Assembly: GCA_040437565.1 (NCBI GenBank)
Contig: JBDOQK010000004.1
Location: 744,001 to 808,000 of the forward strand
From: Albugo candida
Taxonomy: Eukaryota
Direction: 5' to 3'
Length of the DNA stretch: 64,000 bases
Shown here: positions 49,521 to 62,089 of the stretch, piece by piece
Layout: each line of letters opens with the position of its first letter
Position numbering within the stretch: position 1 is the first letter of the stretch
Translations under genes and position numbers: made by a program
Notes under the pieces: model-generated
Database searches by the model: none
Told to the model about the DNA's origin: nothing
Seen by the model: only the letters and a program-made list of their open reading frames with translations

Positions 49521-52500
49521 TCATTGATTATGCTGACGATACTCAATGACACATTTGACATCTTTCTTCAGTCGTTCCAATGTCCCTACGCGGAAGGAAA
49601 CGCAATTTATTAGCACGACTATGGGCAAAAAAAACCAGTTGTACCCTTACCTGGTGTCGCAAGACGATAACGGATCTGGAAGCGCGTGTGACAGCTGCAC
49701 TCACAAAGCACACACGCGGTGCAAGAGGCGCACCGTACCGCAGCTTCGCACTCACACATCAACGGATTTTGTAACACGACCGATGAATTTAACAGCGCTG
49801 CGGATGTTATCAAAGGTAGCTGAAGCGAACGAAGCTGCGTCAAGCGCTTCCGATGATGTTCTTTTGGATGGTTCGAGTGACATTGGAAGCAAAGGCGAGT
49901 GGGTTTGTACTGAATTTGTCTTGGATGGTTCTGTTGGGAGCAAGCTAAACATCCGAGACATAATTGATGGCCGTTAATGAGGTCTCTGTCGCAAAGATCG
50001 CAAACGAAATTGGATGCATCGTCATCGTCTTCAGTTATATTGACTGCAGCTTGCAGTGGTACCTCTTCATGGCCCCAGTACTGCATTTCTTCTTGGATAA
50101 TTGCTTCGAGACATGGGTACAGCGATTCGAGGAACATTTTCATCTGATCATGTCGCTGTTGGATTACTTTGGGAATAACGAGTGACTCCACCGGTGCAAA
50201 TGACCATTGTTCTATATCTTTGACGCTATCGGTTGTCAGCGCGAAACCACACCGAACGATAGCTAATCCTCGCTGATGATACTTTTTAGCGTTTTACGAC
50301 CAGAGGCTGCACATTTCATACCTTGACGGCCTCGATGATCGCTCTTCTTGGATTGTGATGTCGTCCACTAGCCAGCCGACTGCAAGTTATCGCAAACTGA
50401 AAGGTCAAGTCACACAGTCAATGGAGTTGCCGACACCATAACGTTTTGCCGTACCCAACATTCCGATAAGATTCCCTGCTGTGAGACGCCCTGATATATC
50501 CATTCCCAAGTCAAAAACACGCATGGACTTCGAGATTTACTATTGGTATATTGACTCTCCACAACGCGCCAGAAATGCATTCGACCTTTGTTGATATTGA
50601 TAAATTCGTCTTCGTAAACTAAGACCGTGGACCAAGTGTATCCGGCCGCTCTATAGGGATTTTTAAAGAGTATCATAGTGCTGAAAAATTGGGGGCACAT
50701 CGAGTCAAGGAATTCATATGCACTACCTGGCGGCACAAAGATGGTAATCAAAAAGCATCGTCTTTTGGCTGGCATCGTATCCCGCCGCCATCAAAAGCGC
50801 AAGCAGCGCCTTTTGTTTTCTGGGCTCCAAGCGGTCAAATATGACAATCTCTACGCATCCAGAAAGCACCTATCCGAATAATATAAGTGTCACGCGAGTT
50901 CGAGTCAACCATAAATGCGTTACTTGCCATGAATGCAAAATCCGTTGTACCGTTTCCGGGGTCAGTGAGCCTCCCTCGAGCCCCAGGAACATTGATATGA
51001 AGCATGGTGCTTTTGAAATGCTTTGGATGAGAATCTTGAGGAGTGTATTGGAGCAAGCAATGAATACCACCAGGAAATAAATCCCATTGAAAACTTTGAA
51101 TCAGATCCCGATGAAGCTATCCAAGATGAATCAGCTCAAGCCATACAACAGGCGACGCAACAAACCTGTGTGCAGTGCTTTGTTATATTTAATGCATTGA
51201 GCGCGATGATATTGTCTTTGACTCGAATGAAAACTGCCGATTTCGTGGCGCAGTCTAAGGCGACAATTTCCTGATCCGAATCAAGTTTGCTTGAATACCC
51301 TTCCAGGTAGGTCTGATACGTTCCCAGCGTCATCACAATTTCACCGACATATTTCAATTCTGCGGATCCGTTATTGCATTGTATGATGTAAAATCGATCA
51401 AAAGTGAAGCGCGTATCAAGACCGCAACTCTCCAATACGAACGGCCAGAGCCAGATATACTGATTCAGACCGCTATTCATTCCCTTCACGATCAGATTTG
51501 CGCCTGGTGATTCAAGGCATCTGCATTGACAAATGAGGAAAATCACTGCAGGAATCGAATTCTTTCTCACCTAAAGAAAAAGTCGATCTCTTCTTGCTCA
51601 AGCTGATAATGCATTTTTGAAAAGGTTGGTGTTAAATCAACTCGAAAAATACTATTCTCATTCTCCATCGCACATACAAATCGTTTTGTCAGATTTTGTG
51701 GTATAGACTCTATATTCATCCAAGGTACATTTCGATTCGCTCGCTGAACGGTTAAGCCACGTTTCTCGGTACCGTTCGACTTCTCAGCATTACGGCTTGT
51801 TGCTTGAGTATACTTTGTTCGTTGCTCTGCGCCGAATGTGGCAGTAGGTGGTGGAGGTTTGTCCTGATGATGCCGATGGGGTGATCTTTGCATAGGCCTG
51901 ACCATATCTCCAGCCGCTATAGCTGTCTTCATGCCATTCTTGCCATCATCATGTCGAGGATGAACACCCGTAATCGCGGTAAGCTTTGGTAGACGTTGCT
52001 TGGGTGCCGAGACCTTGACTTGTTCGTATGGTGCGGACTCCTTTGCATTCTGCAAGCCCGACACAACATCTCCTGTGATTTTTTTGCGCTTATACTGTGA
52101 CGCCGTGTGGCGATAGCGTCTCGATATGTCCGATTGATTAAACGACAAACCGTCATCGATCGGAACCGCCTTTCTTTGGCGATCCCGAGATTCCGAGAGC
52201 TTTCGTATATTCCGCATCAGCACTTCAAAATCAATATGCAGAGCTTGGGGGTTATCGTTGATTTTTTTAACGTTGGTTAGACAAGCCCAAGTGCAAAAAA
52301 ACTGGCTTGGATGGATGCCGGTAGGAACATTAGCACAATGGAAATGGAATGCAGATCGACAACTGAAACACTCGACTTTATCCGAATTCTTGATGGTCAC
52401 CCAGCATGCATGACACATTCGCAAAGAGAATCGCCCCTTCGCATTGGTCTCTTCTGAAGTGTTTGGTTGACACTTTTCCATAGATTCAGAAACATATAAG

Positions 52501-52577
52501 CATTGAGCGGACAAGCGTACAGGAATATTTGGTTCACCGAAAGGCTTAAATTTCTTAGCAGGAGCAAGTTTCGGCAT
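49521..52577 (-). CDS. PHD-finger plus degenerate JmjC/cupin-like and C-terminal Cys-rich chromatin protein, multi-exon
   Basis: CHAC..CFSC..FHFHC..FFCTWAC (PHD); EFININKGRMHFWR..LTWEW (JmjC-like 3' strand); CDLC..CLGC..CFQC..CASC..CECSCH. Exon limits approximate. Confidence 0.65.
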
Positions 52578-53329
52578 CGACTCTACTACCGAACGATTAC
52601 GGTCCTAAAGATACTACTCTTCTACGTATGGGATGTGTATTCTTTATTCCTAGGAAAGTACAAAACAGGTATCTATATCAGAAAAAGCTATGGAAAGCCG
52701 AGGCATTTCCCCCTAATTTTACAAAACAGATGTAATTTGTGATGGATATCGCCCGTCCCATGTGGCGAATGTAGGCAAGTTCAGCTCTGCGAAAATCACG
52801 TAGAGCATAAAACACGTTGGATAATGCGTACGTACCGTAAATATCTGTGTCAGGGCGCATTCTGACGCCAGTTTTCGTTTTATAGAAAAGCGCACAAAAT
52901 CGTGACTATATGACCTCAAAATATGGTAATGATATCATTGATTTCGGCTTTCCGAAAGTACAGAGATGATGTCTGTGCCCACGATACTCTATACCATGCA
53001 GTATCAGCCGTCTGTTTTGCAGTAATTGATAGCAAGTCTTCTATAAACGGGGGCTAAACTGGTTCTGAGAAGAAATAAAATTACTGTAGGCAGCATGTGC
53101 TGTAGAAAGGCGTATTGCATCAGCTGTAGAAAATTGCGATAATCGACCCATGTTACGCTACGCGTTGTAACAATCGCATGTGACGTCTTGCTCGCTTGAT
53201 GTATGTATCCATCTATGCGGAGTAGTTCAAATGATTAAATAGGTACTATTTTGAATGCGAGGCGTAGGGTGATTATAAACAATCTAGACGCGATCTGAAT
53301 GCGAATATATATGCTGACCTGGGGAGAGT

Positions 53330-53730
53330 AATACCTATTACAGAGAGTTCCCCAGCATGAGACATTTCTTGTGCTCAATCTGAGGTTCGAGTAGAGAAAT
53401 ATAGAGTAGGACAGACCATGTCCGAATGGATACTCCGCCAAACATGCATCACTTCCGCACAGCGTGTCGACAGGGGCGTTATAAGGAATACCGTTANNNN
53501 NNNNNNNNNNNNNNNNNNNNNNNNNNNNNNNNNNNNNNNNNNNNNNNNNNNNNNNNNNNNNNNNNNNNNNNNNNNNNNNNNNNNNNNNNNNNNNNNTGTG
53601 CTCAATCTGAGGTTCGAGTAGAGAAATATAGAGTAGGACAGACCATGTCCGAATGGATACTCCGCCAAACATGCATCACTTCCGCACAGCGTGTCGACAG
53701 GGGCGTTATAAGGAATACCGTTATAACAGA
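53330..53730 (-). pseudogene. Fragment of a GH3 beta-glucosidase C-terminal region
   Basis: IPYN..CLAEYPFGHGLSYSIFLYSNLRLS matches the GH3 (Y/W)PFGHGLSYTTFxYS motif. In-frame stop just upstream and no catalytic domain nearby; appears twice because of the gap duplication. Confidence 0.7.
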
Positions 53731-53880
53731 GTTAGACCTAAGGTCGCGCAAGAACTGCACTACTGAAATGAGTCTTGTAGGCCGCTTGTAAACACATCCC
53801 ACACGGCGACAGCAATAGCGATATTTTTAGCCTTAAAACGCCAGAAGCCGTAGAATTCTCTAGTTTTATTGCTTTACAAA

Positions 53881-55656
53881 ATGGAGTTTCCTGTTAAAAA
53901 TGACTTCTTCACGACAATTCCTTTCACCCACCAAGAGCAGATAGGACTGCTATCGATCGTTGAGGAAAGTGTTCGCTCTGTCAGAAAAGTGATCGACGAT
54001 AAACATTGGAAGGAGCAACCGTGCAAGCATAAGGATGTCACTTTATCCAAACTTAATTGTCTCGATGATAGAGACTTTGCGGTGGACCAGACTCAAGGAG
54101 CTTGTCCTTGCCTTATCATGCGCTCCTCTACATTTGTATCAGGTACACTAAACGATGTTCTTGAAGTGATATCGACTCCAAGGACGGAAGAATTTCGTAA
54201 AACTATGAGCTTCATCCACAAAGATCGCTTTTTAGATGGTATTTGCCTGCATTCCATGTTGCTCCCCGATGGCGAATTTAGCAATGACAACACGCCAGCG
54301 TTCGCATCGATCAAATGGAGTGCATTTAATGACGGCAAAGCCTGCCATAACCCGAATTACTCAACCGGGACAGATTATTTATACGTCGAATACACTGGGA
54401 TGGCGCAATCAGGTGAAAGTTCGAACGGTACTTTTGGATTCTGTGTGCAAGAATCAATCGTGCGGGAGCGGGAAGTGCCAAATCTGTCAGGATTTGGACT
54501 ACGTCGAGGAGACTGTCATCGAACAGGTCTCATTGTACTTCCAAGTTCACGAGAAGACGTCGTTCAGGTTTTTAGCGTCATACAAAATAAGATACTTCCT
54601 GATTATCTACATCCGAAAAGTAATGCAAACCCTCAAATGGCTTTCGAGAAAATTATGACTCGTAGAGTGACAGCAATACGCAAACTGGATACCCTTCTGG
54701 AAAGAAGCCGGTTGAGTAGACTAGAGTTTGTGAAACGCAGCATGTGGATCTCCGATGATCAGCGGAAGGCCTGTGCTGTATGTATGCGATCTTTTGCAGC
54801 CCTTCGGCGTAAACATCATTGTCGTATTTGCGGGGAAGTCGTCTGCTCCACGTGTGCACCATTACGCCAGTGTGTGATGCATGATAGTGATCCACAACAA
54901 TCTCAGTCGGATAAAAAACAGAAACAAGCTCGCATCTGCACATTTTGTACTGTAAAAGCAAGAGCATCTCGTCAAGGGCGTCGATTTAGCGCAACGAAGC
55001 ATCAGATAGATGACCAAGAAAGCCTCTCTATGGAGAATTATCTATACAAAGTTCGTAGCACCATTTCGTCTCAAAGATCTACGAATTCAGCACATTTATC
55101 GGCCGATAAACCAGTCTATCTCTTACGTGATATAGTTACTGCCCGCTCCGAGTCGTCGATGGCTAGCAGCTTCTCGATCTACAAAGAAGCTTCCAAAGTG
55201 TACGAGAGCTCAGATCTTGCAAGCGATATTGACGCGGGTAGTGCTATTTATTCTGCAATATCTTCAAAATATCTTCCCGACGATGGAGAAAATTCTTTGC
55301 TGAGTGAATGCTCTTGCTCCGACACATTTAGTGTATTTGATGATTCTAGATCAGTATGCAGTGCTCCTGAAGCTACCTCTTATGTCCAAAGTATACAAAT
55401 TGTTAGGTCTGTGCCACAGCCGAACGACAATGATTCCCTTTCAGATGTATGGGACAGTGATGAACCCGAAGAGGCTGCCTCCGATTGTGATAAGATAGTA
55501 CAGTCATCTGCCTTACTGAATCAGGCCAACAATGAGAACAGAGATTTTGATAATCTTTTGGATTTTGAGAAAATTAATCTCATCGATCCGAAGGCGATCG
55601 ATCAGGGTCAGCACGAACCAAATGCGAGTATGGCAGCTGATGAAGTCAGAATTTGA
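53881..55656 (+). CDS. START-like plus FYVE domain protein (oomycete-expanded architecture)
   Basis: SIKWSAF..DYLYVEYTG (START-like); WISDD..CAVC..RRKHHCRICGEVVCSTC..RICTFC (canonical FYVE); Ser-rich tail. Confidence 0.88.
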   Translation: MEFPVKNDFFTTIPFTHQEQIGLLSIVEESVRSVRKVIDDKHWKEQPCKHKDVTLSKLNCLDDRDFAVDQTQGACPCLIMRSSTFVSGTLNDVLEVISTPRTEEFRKTMSFIHKDRFLDGICLHSMLLPDGEFSNDNTPAFASIKWSAFNDGKACHNPNYSTGTDYLYVEYTGMAQSGESSNGTFGFCVQESIVREREVPNLSGFGLRRGDCHRTGLIVLPSSREDVVQVFSVIQNKILPDYLHPKSNANPQMAFEKIMTRRVTAIRKLDTLLERSRLSRLEFVKRSMWISDDQRKACAVCMRSFAALRRKHHCRICGEVVCSTCAPLRQCVMHDSDPQQSQSDKKQKQARICTFCTVKARASRQGRRFSATKHQIDDQESLSMENYLYKVRSTISSQRSTNSAHLSADKPVYLLRDIVTARSESSMASSFSIYKEASKVYESSDLASDIDAGSAIYSAISSKYLPDDGENSLLSECSCSDTFSVFDDSRSVCSAPEATSYVQSIQIVRSVPQPNDNDSLSDVWDSDEPEEAASDCDKIVQSSALLNQANNENRDFDNLLDFEKINLIDPKAIDQGQHEPNASMAADEVRI

Positions 55657-56062
55657 AGCGAAGGATGATCGCTGTAGTCGAGCGTACTTTATGTTTTTTT
55701 AATTGAGTATCCGGACTGAATCCGTTTTCTCTTCGACTGCTACCACTCTTTGGCCAATTCTATAAAACATCCAGTTGCCTAGTTTTTAGAACGGCAAAAT
55801 TTCCAAGCACCGGTACAGTCATTAAAATCTACTGTCTCATCTCCGAGTCAGTCAAATACAAGTATACAATATAGAAGCGAGAATATAACATTGAAGCGAC
55901 TGAAGTACCGAGTCACCAGGTAGAAGCTGACGTGATCGCAGCTGTAGAGCTCAGTAAAAGCGAGAATGTTAAGCAACCTATTTGAGCCACATTACGGACG
56001 GTATAAATTCCCTGCGAAAGAGCACCCTGCATAAAATTTACGGTGGCCACATGACGTCACAT

Positions 56063-56773
56063 TTAAAGTAGATGAACTTCCTCTTTAGGCGTTATTGGCA
56101 TATTGGCGTACGTCGACATATCGTCGGCCTCACTACCATCTAATTCTACTTTATCGCCTTGTTCGGGCGACTTTTTCTTTTTCCTGAATGCTACTGCGCC
56201 AATAAACACGGCTATTGCTACGCACGGCATGACCGCAATCAGTATGATCCAAGTGGTGGTGAGTCCTGTTCCTTTTTTCACTGCAGTTGATTGCGTCTGT
56301 TTCATCAGATCATCTGGATCATCGTTGATTTTGTTGGAAGCTTTTCCTCTGACCAGTGTATCAGGCTCTGCATCATTTTCCGAACTGCTGCTCGATAGAG
56401 ATACAGGCGATTTGTACCAAGTAGGAGGCGGTAAACATTGCTCGCTCGTGTCTGATGTATTCATTGCGACACAGCCAATGACTCCATTCGACAACATCGC
56501 ACAACAGCTCCCATATTTGAGAGTGTGAAGTCCACTCTGATCCACGTCTCCTGGTGTTGGGCACGCAAATCTGGTGATATGATCCACGACGCCAGCGCAT
56601 GGTTCAGGAACAGTACAAAACACTCCTTCGGCGCCTTGTACGGAGACCTCACTCATCTCCCGTTCAACACACGTCTTCGTACTCTCACGTTCGGGGCTCT
56701 CTCCTCTCACAAGAACCATGTGATTCTGCGTCATGCGTATGGCAAACGCAAGCCATAGAGTCATACAAATCAT
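56063..56773 (-). CDS. Type I membrane protein with small Cys-rich ectodomain
   Basis: Hydrophobic N-terminus; VSVQGAEGVFC..PCAG..ACPTPGD..CC..GCV..C; Ser-rich linker; TM WIILIAVMPCVAIAVFIGAVAF followed by RKKKK. Confidence 0.8.
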   Translation of the reverse strand: MICMTLWLAFAIRMTQNHMVLVRGESPERESTKTCVEREMSEVSVQGAEGVFCTVPEPCAGVVDHITRFACPTPGDVDQSGLHTLKYGSCCAMLSNGVIGCVAMNTSDTSEQCLPPPTWYKSPVSLSSSSSENDAEPDTLVRGKASNKINDDPDDLMKQTQSTAVKKGTGLTTTWIILIAVMPCVAIAVFIGAVAFRKKKKSPEQGDKVELDGSEADDMSTYANMPITPKEEVHLL

Positions 56774-57187
56774 ATTTCCTGAGCTGTTTGATGAGAATAC
56801 GTGAGAAGCGTGATGCTCTACGTGGCCGATGTAATTTTAAGGGACTTTCGGTGAAAAAATCGCAGAACACTCAGCTTTTACTGTTCTCAGCTCTCTATCG
56901 AGCGGTAAAGTGTATGGATACACACTTTACTTACTCGGTTTAAAAATAAAGTGAGCTGAGAATGCGAATGTTCCAAATGTCTTACTTATGAGTGACATGG
57001 CATTTCATTCGCCAATACACGGCGCGGCTCGTAATGTAATGACTAGAGGCGCGTGTAACGCTCCTTCACTCATAAAATGGCTCATCAACAATTAGGAATC
57101 TCACCGTTCATCAACTCAGTTGCTTTAGGAGCGTTAGTCATCAAATGAACACTCCGTATGCTGTGGTTTTGTATCGGAAGAGTGCTA

Positions 57188-59012
57188 TCAGTCGGTCTTT
57201 CGGTACTCATTCCACCAATTTGTGACAGAAAAAGCCCGCCAGAAGAAAAGTGTTCGATCGATCTTGCCATCTTTGATGCAGTCGCTTTGGAGTGTATCTC
57301 GAACATCGAGGTCTGTGTCCTCATCGGTGTCCCAGCTACGTTTTGTTAGCGACCGCGTAAGCTCTTTCTCATCCCGTGCATCTACGAGTCCATCCAATTT
57401 CCCGTGTGGTCGGCCTGGATTTACGTTGTTGCCAGCTTTTTCGCCTAGAACAAGTGTTGAATACAGCGTGAATACATCTTCGTCGAGATACTTTCTCGGA
57501 TTGCTTTCCATGCATTTCAGTAAACGAGAGAAATGCGGTTGTAATTCACACAACGGAATGTGTAAATTAAACGCTAATTGCGTGTAAATTGTAAATTCTT
57601 TCATCAATACCTCTCGCGACGGAATGGAATGCAGTCGGTCGATTTCAATCAATAGATGTCGTATGATCGATTTGAGCTTCCGACCCGCTTGTGGCTCATT
57701 GAATTTTGCAGCAAGGACCAGACAAACGGACATGTAAAGCTTCCGATTCGCTTTGGTGACACACTACAAAAACATCGTCAAAGGAAGCTCTTGCAATCGG
57801 ATGTTACGACAGCGTACGTGATCTAAAATGAGCTTTTCGAACAAGACACAGGCTAAAGCTGCAGTAGCGACTTCCAAGTCTAATCGCTGGCATATGAGAA
57901 GCGTTTCTCGCTTCAAATTTCGTATTTTGCTAAGTGACAAGTCGGTCGTGAGCCAAGTGTGCTTTTCTCTGAATTTTCTATTGAGCTCCTGGGACCAAAA
58001 TCAGATCGAGCTGTAAAAGTAATACAATTTCGTCGCACCTCCTTGAGCTCATCGGGCTTGACGAATAAAAGGATACTGCTAATAACGGGACCGATGATCT
58101 TATCACCTCGGACTACGTGACGATGTCGTCCTTGTCGGAATTCTGGATCATCCAGATAGTTGGGAATATAGCAAGTTCCGACGGGATGCGTGTCCTGAGC
58201 ATCGCGATCTTGATCGCATTTCGACCACGTCGCGTGCAACAACCGAAAATATGCTTTTCCACGCCAATCGTAGCAACGATCTTCAGGGTTGCTCACAGAT
58301 TGTGTGCGTTTCCGTCGTGCAGCTGTCTCATTTCCATCATACTGAAGCACATCGTCACGCGAGTTTTCAAAAACAGACAAAATTCGTCGACACCTTCAAA
58401 ATCGCTGATACTGCGACTGGATAGCCACCTCCACTGGAGAAAAAAATGCGTGATTCAAGCAATCCTCGCTGATTTTGCACATCCTCCCACCGCCTCACAA
58501 TGGCCGATGACACGCAATATTTCGTTGCTAGTCGATACCGAAATTGCGCTGGAACTTTGACCCATGTCGCATGATTTCCAGGAAGACGACGTCCAGCATT
58601 CGATTCAGTGTCTCTTTGTGTGTGTTTGGCATCGTAATACTCATCTTTGGGCATCGCGATATTTTCTTTCTTGAGAGAATTGGAGAAGCATTCAAAGTGT
58701 CTCTCGTTGCTACTTGAAGCCGTATTGTCTACTGTCAAGTCTGCGAGCATTGGAATATTTTGTAGAAAATCGAGTGCTGCGATATCGCGCGTCACTTTCC
58801 GAGAATGTGAGTGACAACGTACTCTATCGGAAAGAGAAGACTCAGAAGGAATGAAGGAGACAGTGTTCACAGCTATTGGAGCTTGCAGCGCACCGAGTTG
58901 GAGAAGACAAAGGTACGGATCGATCGTGCGATATCTCTTGTGGTAGAGCAAAAGCTATGCTCTCTTGCTTTCGATGCAGATCGACATTGTGGCAATTTGA
59001 TGCTTCTTGCAT
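57188..59012 (-). CDS. CABLES: CABLES-like cyclin-box protein, multi-exon
   Basis: YIPNYLDDPEFRQGRHRHV, LNRKFREKHTWL..LSLSKIRNLK, ALACVLFEKL and NRKLYMSVCLVLAAKFN. 5' end uncertain. Confidence 0.85.
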
Positions 59013-59530
59013 GCTATAGTACACGTTTATATTATATTATAATATAATCTTTATGATTGGTTAAAAAGAAGAGATGAGTTAAACCAATCTAATTCTAGGA
59101 ATATCGAAAATGACACGATCGACGTTTTTTCGGCAATACGCAACCATCGACAGCGAATTGGACGTACTTGCAACGTCTTCTCCATTAGATATATCTCAGT
59201 TTTCCAAAATACTCCAACTTGTCTGAGAATTTAGCTTTGTTGCTTCTATACAATTCAGAAATGTCACATAATGTATCGTAGATTGCCAGCGGACTCGAAG
59301 ATGACGATACGCTTCACAAGCAGTTTTACGAGATATTCGATCAATTCGAGCACCAGAAGTAAACATTCTACTGTCTCCTGCATGAATTAATATTTGATTT
59401 TGATAAATTATGCAGATCCATCAGTTGTGCNNNNNNNNNNNNNNNNNNNNNNNNNNNNNNNNNNNNNNNNNNNNNNNNNNNNNNNNNNNNNNNNNNNNNN
59501 NNNNNNNNNNNNNNNNNNNNNNNNNNNNNN

Positions 59531-61538
59531 TGTGCGAGTGCGATGCAAAAGGTTTTATCGTTTTTTGACTCCAACACGCAACAAAAATGGCACATTTTTT
59601 TCCAGAATTGTTTTGTGCAAGGTACGACATACCTCTTGTACCTCATTCCACCAGTCTCTGAGTACGATTGCATTTGTAGTGCTGCGGGGACACACATTGC
59701 CGGATTCATTGCATAAAGTTGACGTGAAAGGCCTACAGACATCACAGCTCGTCCTGGAATGCATCCCAGATTTGCTCTATCTACCGGAGAATCATCAGGA
59801 GGAAGCAGAATATTCAAAGCAATCGAAACCGTCCGTGAAACGAAAAGCACTATCGCTCCAAAAAGACCGATCAACGCGTACTCGCGAGAAAAAGGGAGCT
59901 GGAACACATGACAATGGAATTTTGTGCTCCTTTCAATCACAATCTCAAAATGTGCAAATTATCAACGTTAAGGATGAAAATGTCACGAATATCGTAAAAG
60001 TACTTCGATTTGCAGGAACACCTTTCATCCTCGAAGGATGCAGTCCCAATTGGTTAGGCTTCCATGAAGACTGGATCGATGAGGATACGTGTCATCTCAA
60101 CATTGAAGCGTTTCTACGTGGAATGGAAGATGTCAAGGTTCCCGTCCTTGAACGAAATTATGAAGAGACAAGTCCGATAAAGCGACATCTTCTTTTAGGA
60201 GAGTTTGTACGAGAGCATTGGCTTTGCGATGATCCCAAGTATTATATGCATCAATGGCAGTATCCTTTGGATGGAAAAGTGGTCGATTCAATGTGTTACA
60301 AGTCCACAGCGCTCTCTGTACTGGGAGATAACCTGCTTTCATATTGGCTTGATAGTGTCCGTGGAGATAATCCTTTGCAATATCTTTTCATGGGTGGAAG
60401 TAATACAAGCAGCCGGATGCATCAAGATCGTGGTGGTCTAGATATTCTCATAACACCAATTCTCGGAGCCAAGCATGTCGAGATGCTTCATCGCGATGCA
60501 GGTCGATTCGACTCGGTTCATGAAGACGTTGATTTTCATCATATCGACTGCAGAAAATCTCCGTTGTTAGCGTTCATTCCAACGTGGTCTGTTGATGTGA
60601 ATCCTGGCCAGATTTTATTTCTCCCAGAAGGTACTTTCCATGCATGCAAAAATATCACGCCTTGTCTTTCCCATCATCAGTTTCATCTTGATACATTCAA
60701 TATGCTGGGATTCCTGGATTCATTCATCAAGCAAGATGCACCGAAGATCGACCATGCTGAGATTCTATGGAATGCAGCACACGATGTCATGGCAGCTGTT
60801 GAAGAAAAGTTTGGCGAAAACGCTCCAAAGCGATCGTTTGACCCTTTGACGATCAGACAGCTTGAATCGTTAACTGGACTTCGACACGCGGTATGTCACA
60901 TATCAATGAGAGAAGCTGTCCCTACAAAAGATGCATGGGATTGGAGAAAACTTTTGAACGATGTCGAGACGTTGCTCAATATCGTCGAATCGAGCAACAG
61001 CGGTCGTGCAATGGAGCTATACACCGAGTCCATCTCGAGCTCCTTCTCCAGCAAGCAGTATGAAGCTCCTTCTGTTTTGCACTTTACGGACAAAGACGCA
61101 CTCGAAGATCATTGGAAAAAACTGCTGGTACACGTCGGTGACGTAATATCTGTTCGAGCGTTTGAAACTCGTCTGCATGCTCAAGTGCTCAAAGTCGTGG
61201 AAGACACCGATTTTGTACAAGTTCACTACGTGGATTGGGAAAGCATTTACGATGAGCATCAACCCATAGAATGTCTACTGCGTCGAGACGCATCCGGTCG
61301 GCTTCGTCCATTTCGAGGTGTACCAAAGATCTACGACAAAGTCCTTATCCGCTGGGGACCACAACGCGAAGTGTTTCAAGCAATTATCCACAAAGTGACC
61401 AAATCACACGCTTGTTACGTGCAATTTATAAAGTTTCATAGTCAGTGGAATCAATGGATTTTACCGCAATTTATATACAAAAAAATGCACAAACAAATGA
61501 AAAACAAACTGATGAAAAAGAATGGAAAACAAGAGTGA
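59531..61538 (+). CDS. JmjC-domain oxygenase with two C-terminal Tudor/chromo-barrel-like modules; 5' exons unresolved upstream of the gap (possibly from ~59110)
   Basis: YLFMGG..SRMHQD..PGQILFLPEGTFHACKN (HxD..H triad intact); VQVHYVDWESIYDE and YVQFIKFHSQWNQWI. Confidence 0.85.
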
Positions 61539-61573
61539 AAGTTGGGTGATGTTGCTATTCCATCCATATCGCG

Positions 61574-61966
61574 TCATTCTTTGGATACGCTGTGAATGGA
61601 AATAATGTTTCTACCACTTATCAAAACGAGACCGAGCGATCGAAGGGTGTCTGATTCACAAAGAGTATCATCGGGGAACCATTCTCTTTGTTTCTCCACG
61701 TCCAATTCGCTGTTGGATCGCCATTCCTTTGCGTCCGTCAAAATTAGATTGAGTTGCTTATCGAGACAGTGAAAATAACCGACGATCACGCGTCCGTCTG
61801 ATATCTTAATGCGAAAAAGACGCGTCTGATACGTTGCCAGTCGTCGTATCGACTCGTGGATCTCTTGTTTCGGTTCATTTTCGTCATTGAAAGCTCCCTC
61901 TAACGTGTTTTCTTCAATTGAATCGCTCCATTTAGAAATCGGACGTCCATTTTGCGATAAAATCAT
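61574..61966 (-). CDS. Sm/LSM-domain protein, NAA38/Mak31-like (NatC auxiliary subunit)
   Basis: RIKISDGRVIVGYFHCLDKQLNLILTDAKE (Sm1) and RSLGLVLISGRNIISI (Sm2). Confidence 0.8.
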   Translation of the reverse strand: MILSQNGRPISKWSDSIEENTLEGAFNDENEPKQEIHESIRRLATYQTRLFRIKISDGRVIVGYFHCLDKQLNLILTDAKEWRSNSELDVEKQREWFPDDTLCESDTLRSLGLVLISGRNIISIHSVSKE

Positions 61967-62089
61967 ATTTTCATCCAATCAGAATCGAGTTTACGCCTTG
62001 CAAAAATGAAAGTGAAAATGAAAAAATTGCTTCGATTTTAGCAAAAAAGTTGCAACGAGAATCACTAATTAAAGATACAATGACTGCAA

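Noticed and set aside
53370-53723. Tandem GH3 motif repeat
   Set aside because: 127-bp exact overlap on either side of the gap; one fragment only.
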